Of a DNA stretch of 46,806 nt, positions 41,778 through 46,806 are shown in pieces (position 1 is the first letter of the stretch; every line of letters begins with the position of its first letter). The notes beneath the pieces were generated by a model. The model made no database searches and had not been told where the DNA came from. It saw nothing but the letters and a program-made list of their open reading frames with translations. Where the stretch lies: assembly GCA_002067855.1 (NCBI GenBank), contig MVQS01000086.1, positions 1 through 46,806 of the forward strand, written 5' to 3'. The translations under genes were made by a program, and so were the position numbers. This DNA comes from Syntrophaceae bacterium PtaB.Bin038. GTDB lineage: Bacteria; Desulfobacterota; Syntrophia; Syntrophales; UBA2192.

Positions 41778-42314
41778 CTAGAATCCCCTTTTGTGCGGCC
41801 GCATCGGGTCCGGACCGTCATAGTCCCTGCGCAGATCCCTGTACTCCAAGCGAAGCACCGGGGGACCGTCCTCCTGCGTGATGTCCCAGAGCTGAACGTC
41901 GATGTTGAGATCGCTTGCCGTGTATCCCACGACGGACCCCCTTCTCAGAATCTCCCGCACAACCAGATTGCTGCCGCTCGAGTACATCCGGGACTTTCTC
42001 ACCCCCTCATAATCGGCCATGACCTCCTGGAGGGTCTTCTTTCCCAGCTTCGCGACGGGAGTCCCCCCGCCCGTCACGACCTCGATGCCGTCCTTGTACA
42101 GAAAGTATCCGAAGATCTGCTCCGCCCTCGGTCCGAAGGTCTCGAACCGTATGGCGTTGTAGGACTGCCTGCCTGCGTCGGCATTCATCAGGACGATTGG
42201 GTCGACCTGGTTCCACTTCAATACCGTCCCGGATGCGCAGGCCGTGAGAGCCAGCAGGGCGAGAACTGCCGGCGCCCACTTCACGGGCAGGGTACGCGAT
42301 GCTGCAAAACTCAT
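41778..42314 (-). CDS. lipoprotein of unknown family (paralog B)
   Basis: 178 aa with an AAGGAGGG SD. The lipobox is ALTAC. By eye it is roughly half identical to paralog A. Confidence 0.7.
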   Translation of the reverse strand: MSFAASRTLPVKWAPAVLALLALTACASGTVLKWNQVDPIVLMNADAGRQSYNAIRFETFGPRAEQIFGYFLYKDGIEVVTGGGTPVAKLGKKTLQEVMADYEGVRKSRMYSSGSNLVVREILRRGSVVGYTASDLNIDVQLWDITQEDGPPVLRLEYRDLRRDYDGPDPMRPHKRGF

Positions 42315-42409
42315 GGGCGCCCTCCTTGTCGAGAACGGCTGTCAGCCGGGCGATTCCGGCTTGTCGCATATCTTCTGATCGGCCGCGGATAAAATGCAAG
42401 ACAAAAAAA

Positions 42410-43381
42410 TCAGCCGCAGAGATGGCAGGCGACGAAATGCCCCTTTTCCCGCTCGACCAGTGCGGGAACGGCATCCCGGCAGGCAGCCGTCGAGCGGCCG
42501 CAGCGGGGGTGAAAGGCGCACCCTGCGGGCGGGTCGATGGGGCTCGGGACGTCGCCCCCCGTCCGGAGGCGCGCAGACTTCCGGCCCGGGTCGGGGACGG
42601 GGATGGCCGAGATGAGGATCTGCGTGTAGGGGTGCAGCGGGCGGTTGTAGAGCTCGGCGCTCGGGGCAAGCTCGACGATCTTCCCCAGGTACATCACGGC
42701 CACCCGGTCGCTCATGTGCTCCACGACGCTGAGGTCGTGGGAGATGAACAGGTAGGTCAGGTCGAATTCCCGCTGCAGGCTCCGCAGCAGGTTCAGGATC
42801 TGGGCCTGGATGGACACGTCCAGCGCCGAGACGGGCTCGTCGGCGATGATCAGCTTGGGCCGCAGGGCCAGCGCCCGCGCGATCCCGATCCGCTGCCTCT
42901 GGCCGCCGCTGAACTCGTGGGGGTAGCGGCCCATCTGCTCCCGCGTGAGCCCCACCTTCTCCATGAGCCTCGCCACTTCCTCGTCTCGCTCCCGCCCGGA
43001 CGAGACGCCGTGCACGAGCAGGGGCTCGCCGATGGTGCTTCCCGCGCTGCGCCGGGGGTTGAGCGACGAGTAGGGGTCCTGGAAGATCATCTGGACCTCG
43101 CGGCGGAATGCCTTCAGTTTTTCCTTGCCGTAGCCCAGGATGTTCTCCCCCTCGAACAGGATCTCCCCTTCCGTGGGGCTCTCGAGCCGGACGACGAGCC
43201 GGCCCAGGGTGGTCTTTCCGCACCCGCTCTCTCCCACGAGGCCGAGGGTCTCCCCCCGATAGACGGCGAGATCCACGCCGTCGACGGCCTTCACGACGGC
43301 CCTGCGGCTGCCGAGCGGGCCGCCCTTCACGGGGAAGTGCTTCCGGACGCCCCGGATATCGAGGAGAATGTCAGCCATCAT
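42410..43381 (-). CDS. oppF: oligopeptide/dipeptide-type ABC transporter ATP-binding protein (OppF/DppF-like)
   Basis: 323 aa. Walker A is GESGCGKTT, the signature is [15 protein letters not shown], and Walker B is [12 protein letters not shown]. The C-terminal oligopeptide-type extension has a Cys-rich tail. Confidence 0.9.
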   Translation of the reverse strand: MMADILLDIRGVRKHFPVKGGPLGSRRAVVKAVDGVDLAVYRGETLGLVGESGCGKTTLGRLVVRLESPTEGEILFEGENILGYGKEKLKAFRREVQMIFQDPYSSLNPRRSAGSTIGEPLLVHGVSSGRERDEEVARLMEKVGLTREQMGRYPHEFSGGQRQRIGIARALALRPKLIIADEPVSALDVSIQAQILNLLRSLQREFDLTYLFISHDLSVVEHMSDRVAVMYLGKIVELAPSAELYNRPLHPYTQILISAIPVPDPGRKSARLRTGGDVPSPIDPPAGCAFHPRCGRSTAACRDAVPALVEREKGHFVACHLCG

Positions 43382-43408
43382 AGGTCAGTTTAAGTCTCCC
43401 TACGTCGT

Positions 43409-43461
43409 TCTAGGTCTATCTGGTTTCTTCTTCCCCTGTACCCTGAACCCTTATCCCCGGT
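43409..43461. repeat. spacer words between oppD and oppF: TCTAGGTCTATCTGG, then heptads CCCTGTA CCCTGAA CCCTTAT CCCCGGT
   Basis: The 15-mer at 43409-43423 is a 14/15 match to the reverse complement of 40209-40223. CCCTGAACCCT is at 43441-43451. Confidence 0.75.
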
Positions 43462-44436
43462 CTACCCATGCAGCCAGCACCTCACGGAATGCCCGGGGGC
43501 CTTCGCGATCAGCTCCGGTTTCCTTTCCGCGCAGACGGGCATGGCGCGGGGGCAGCGGTCCCGGAACTTGCAGCCCGACGGCAACTCGAGCAGATCGGGG
43601 ATCGTCCCGGGGATGACGTTCAGGTACCCGTCTTGCGCGTGACCCTTCCCGATCCGCGGGATCGAATTCATGAGCCCCACGGTGTAGGGGTGAAGCGGCG
43701 CGGAAAAGATCGCATCGACCGGCCCCTGCTCGACCACCCAGCCTGCATACATGACGGCCGCATATTGTGCGGCCTCGGCGATGACCCCCAGGTCGTGCGT
43801 GATCAGGATCACCGACGTGCCCACCTCCCGCTTGAGCTCCTGGATCAGCTCCAGGATCTGCGCCTGGATCGTCACGTCCAGGGCCGTCGTGGGTTCGTCG
43901 GCCAGCATGAGCCGCGGCCGGCAGGACAGCGCCATGGCGATCATCACGCGCTGCCGCATCCCGCCGCTCATCTGGTGGGGATAATCCCTGGCCCGTGCCT
44001 CCGGTGCCGGGATCCCTACCATCCTGAGCATCTCCACGGCCCTCCCATGGGCTTCCGCGGCGGAGAGCCCCTCGTGGAGCCGAAGGGTCTCGGCGACCTG
44101 GTCGCCGACCCGGAACACGGGGTTGAGCGAGGTCATGGGCTCCTGGAAGATCATGGAGATCCGCTTGCCCCTCACGCGGCGCATCTCCTCTTCGGAAAGC
44201 CCCAGGAGATCCTGCCCCTCGAAGAGGATCCGGCCCGACACGATGCGCCCGGGAGGCCTGGGGATGAGGCGCATGACGGTCAGTGCGAGAACCGTCTTTC
44301 CGCATCCCGACTCGCCGGCGATCCCCAGCGTGTCCCCCTCGTTGAGCTGCAGATCCACGCCGTCGACGGCCTTCACGGTCCCGCGCGCCGTCTCGAAATG
44401 GGTGCTCAGGTTTTCGATCCGCAGAATATTCGACAT
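43462..44436 (-). CDS. oppD: oligopeptide/dipeptide-type ABC transporter ATP-binding protein (OppD/DppD-like)
   Basis: I set the start at ATG 44436 ([31 protein letters not shown]...). Walker A is GESGCGKTV, the signature is MSGGMRQRVMIAMAL, and Walker B is LMLADEPTTALD. Confidence 0.9.
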   Translation of the reverse strand: MSNILRIENLSTHFETARGTVKAVDGVDLQLNEGDTLGIAGESGCGKTVLALTVMRLIPRPPGRIVSGRILFEGQDLLGLSEEEMRRVRGKRISMIFQEPMTSLNPVFRVGDQVAETLRLHEGLSAAEAHGRAVEMLRMVGIPAPEARARDYPHQMSGGMRQRVMIAMALSCRPRLMLADEPTTALDVTIQAQILELIQELKREVGTSVILITHDLGVIAEAAQYAAVMYAGWVVEQGPVDAIFSAPLHPYTVGLMNSIPRIGKGHAQDGYLNVIPGTIPDLLELPSGCKFRDRCPRAMPVCAERKPELIAKAPGHSVRCWLHG

Positions 44437-44496
44437 AATGGCAGTCTGTGCGCGTCTCCTGGCCCGTCCTGTCTGTTGGAAATGCTCCCTCTTCAA

Positions 44497-44517
44497 CCCG
44501 GACCCTGAACCCTGTCT
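44497..44517. repeat. heptads CCCGGAC CCTGAAC CCTGTCT between pepA and oppD
   Basis: It contains CCCTGAACCCT at 44503-44513, in the same orientation as the copy at 43441. Confidence 0.7.
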
Positions 44518-44518
44518 T

Positions 44519-46036
44519 TCACTTCCCCCACTTCTTCCCCGCCTGGTCCCGCAGGAACCGCAGCAGCAGCCGCACTCCCACGGCCGAGGCGCCGCGGGGG
44601 ATGTAGGGCTTATCCTTGCTCAGCCAGGCCGGCCCGGCGATGTCCAGATGCACCCAGGGGGTGTCGCCGACAAACTTTCTCAGGAAGCAAGCGGCCGTGA
44701 TCGCCCCGCCGGCACGTCCCCCCGTGTTCTTCATGTCGGCCACGTCGCTCTTGAGGAGCTCGGCGTAATCGTCCCAGATCGGAAGCTCCCAGAGTTTCTC
44801 GCCCGTCTCGTCGGCGGCTTTCCGCAGGCTGTCCTTCAAGGGCCCGTCGGTGCCCATCATGCCGATCACGTCGTCGCCCAGCGCGATGATGCAGGCCCCC
44901 GTCAGGGTCGCCATGTCGATGACGGCCTTCGGCTTGAAGCGTCCCGCGTAGGTCAGCGCATCGGCCAGGATGAGCCTTCCCTCGGCATCGGTGCTGATCA
45001 CCTCGATCGTCCGGCCGGACATGGATTTCAGCACGTCGCCGGGCTTGTAGGCGCGCCCTCCCGGGAGGTTCTCCGTGGCCGGGACGAGCCCCACCAGGTT
45101 CAGGGGCAGCCCCAGCTCGGCCGCTGCCCTGATCACGGCCAGCACGGCGGCCCCGCCCGACATGTCGGACTTCATCTCCTCCATCTTGTCCGGGGGCTTC
45201 AGCGAGATCCCCCCGCTGTCGAAGGTGATGCCCTTGCCGACGATCACGTAGGGCTTTTCACCGCGGCGTCCGCCCGAGTACTCGAGGATAATGAAGCGGG
45301 CGGGCTCCTTGCTGCCCCTGGCAACGGAGAGGAGCGCGCGCATCCCCAGCTTCTCCATCTCGCGGTTTCCGAGAACGGTCAGCCGGACCTTTTTCGACAC
45401 GACGACTTCCCGGGCCCGGCGCGCCATGTCCCTGGGCGTCATCTCGTTGGAGGGTGTCGAGACAAGGTCGCGCGCATAGCAGACGGCCCTGGAGACGACC
45501 TCGGCCGCCCCGGCTGCAGCTTTCATCCTTCGCGCCTCCCGGTCGCCCGCGGCAAGAAGACAAACCTTGCGGATGTCCTTATCCCCTTCCTTGCGGGAGG
45601 TCTTGTACCGCGTGAACCGGTAGAGCCCGAGGAGCACGCCCTCCACGACGGCCTCCGTCGGATCCTCCGGTCTTTTCGCCTCCCCGAACGGGTCGAGCCG
45701 CACGGCGAACTCCGCGACACCCAGGTCGCGGACGGCACGGGCCGCCTTGGAGAAAGCCCTGCGCAGCTTTTCGAGGTCGCACTCCTTCTTCTTCCCCAGT
45801 CCCAGCAGGAGGACCCTGTGGGCGGGCAGGGCGCCCCGGGTGTAGACGACGGACACCTGCCCGTGCTTGCCGCTGAAATCGCCGCGATCGAGCAGGTCAC
45901 GCAGGATGCCTCCCGACGCCCTGTCGAGCTCCAGCGCCGCACCCTCGAGTTTTCTGGAGCCCTCGAAGTGGCAGACCACGACCAACTCCCCTCGAAACCC
46001 GGCGGCGCTTGCCTTCCTGACCTCAACACTTGTCAT
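44519..46036 (-). CDS. pepA: leucyl aminopeptidase (M17 family) PepA
   Basis: The M17 signature is NTGGRAGGAITAACFL / ISTDAEGRLILADAL. I prefer ATG 46036 as the start (MTSVEVRKAS..., GGAGG upstream) because the 15 codons from ATG 46081 have low GC3. Confidence 0.9.
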   Translation of the reverse strand: MTSVEVRKASAAGFRGELVVVCHFEGSRKLEGAALELDRASGGILRDLLDRGDFSGKHGQVSVVYTRGALPAHRVLLLGLGKKKECDLEKLRRAFSKAARAVRDLGVAEFAVRLDPFGEAKRPEDPTEAVVEGVLLGLYRFTRYKTSRKEGDKDIRKVCLLAAGDREARRMKAAAGAAEVVSRAVCYARDLVSTPSNEMTPRDMARRAREVVVSKKVRLTVLGNREMEKLGMRALLSVARGSKEPARFIILEYSGGRRGEKPYVIVGKGITFDSGGISLKPPDKMEEMKSDMSGGAAVLAVIRAAAELGLPLNLVGLVPATENLPGGRAYKPGDVLKSMSGRTIEVISTDAEGRLILADALTYAGRFKPKAVIDMATLTGACIIALGDDVIGMMGTDGPLKDSLRKAADETGEKLWELPIWDDYAELLKSDVADMKNTGGRAGGAITAACFLRKFVGDTPWVHLDIAGPAWLSKDKPYIPRGASAVGVRLLLRFLRDQAGKKWGK

Positions 46037-46322
46037 GACGATTTTCCGCCTCCATAACCGAAATTCCACACCCTGTAACATCCGTCACATTGGTGACATC
46101 AGTGGCTGCTGTCTATAACCGACGGCGCCGAAAGAGTAGCACAAGGTCTCGAAAATTGGAATCATTTCTCGCTTTGCCTTACCTGCGTCTAATGCTCGGG
46201 GGATTATTTTGCCTGATTTTTCTCATGCTATTTTCTTAGGCAAATTCATACTTTTTTCGGTCTTGCTTTTGCCCCCCCACGGGATAGACTGCATCCATAA
46301 AAGAGCGTCGGAGCCATGCCGG

Positions 46323-46664
46323 ATGGTTGAACGAAGGAAATTCGAGCGCTACGATCTCGCCGTGCCCGTGAAAATCGAGCCCCTGGCGAGAACGGCGAAA
46401 AAGAAGAAAATCTCCCTCAAGACGGCCAATGTCTGTGCCGGCGGCGCCTACTTTCACACCGATACCGCCCTGACGGAAGGCACGAAGGTGCAGATCGATC
46501 TGATGCTGTCCTACGCCGGTCTCGGTGCGCTGCCCCGCCCCCGAAACGCCCGGATCCGCATCCTGGGCACCGTCACCCGCTCCCGGCAGGACGGCATGGC
46601 CATCCGCTTCAGCGACGACTATGTCATCGCCCCGATTGCATCCCGCATTTCCAACATCGGCTGA
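46323..46664 (+). CDS. stand-alone PilZ-domain protein
   Basis: I set the start at ATG 46323 (MVERRKFERYDL...). The RxxxR motif is RRKFER. The second c-di-GMP motif is present as NVCAGGA, versus the usual D/NxSxxG. The protein is 113 aa. Confidence 0.65.
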   Translation: MVERRKFERYDLAVPVKIEPLARTAKKKKISLKTANVCAGGAYFHTDTALTEGTKVQIDLMLSYAGLGALPRPRNARIRILGTVTRSRQDGMAIRFSDDYVIAPIASRISNIG

Positions 46665-46806
46665 AAATCTTCTCTTTCTCTTCTTCCACTTCCCCGCTTC
46701 CCTTAATTCTCTGTTGCATTCTCTATAACCATGGACTGCACCCCCTGAGTTGGACAAAATGTGTTAGAGTACCGGGCAGGACCCCAGATCCCCGAGAGGG
46801 GGAGAA

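Noticed and set aside
44123-46057. 644-aa ORF on the plus strand
   Set aside because: It is antisense to oppD and pepA, both of which carry diagnostic motifs. It is a shadow ORF.

Overview
G+C-rich bacterial chromosomal segment with strong GC3 bias in the real reading frames. Nearly every gene therefore has a long antisense or off-frame shadow ORF in the six-frame track. I call about 50 protein-coding genes. I found no rRNA, tRNA, CRISPR array, transposase or integrase. Most of the content is housekeeping. There is a conserved string mtaB-rnc-(Elp3-like radical SAM)-era-[insert]-der, a five-gene Liv-type branched-chain amino-acid ABC transporter, and miaA, thiL, pepA and dciA. There are also cell-wall enzymes (LysM/NlpC-P60 and LysM/RlpA) and anaerobe-type redox proteins: an acyl-CoA dehydrogenase with a rubredoxin-like tail, an OYE/FadH-type enoyl reductase, a NIL-4Fe4S protein, a bacterioferritin and a desulforedoxin-domain protein. 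This gene content suggests a strictly anaerobic Desulfobacterota/Syntrophia-like organism, but that is inference only. Six things deserve a second look. (1) The intergenic spacers are built from 7-nt periodic G-run/C-run words, often as inverted arms, and several exact cores recur (CCCTGAACCCT four times). (2) Two small genes are bracketed by such inverted arms: a 5'-truncated four-helix-bundle (23S-IVS/Avd-family) ORF sitting between era and der, and a small membrane-protein gene at 3.9-4.6 kb with a sigma54-like promoter. (3) A translationally coupled marR / degenerate acyl-CoA-dehydrogenase-like / MoxR(CoxD-like) AAA+ / VWA(CoxE-like) operon has no Mo-hydroxylase partner nearby. (4) A desulforedoxin domain is fused to a histone-H1-like (KKAAKPA)n tail, next to bacterioferritin. 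(5) Two tandem paralogous lipoproteins of unknown family lie downstream of an orphan OppD/OppF ATPase pair that has no permease or binding protein. (6) An unlisted 26-aa hydrophobic peptide gene has a strong SD. Many start codons were moved relative to the ORF track, using SD position, GC3 drop-off and conserved N-termini. All functional calls come from recognising motifs in the translations, not from database searches.
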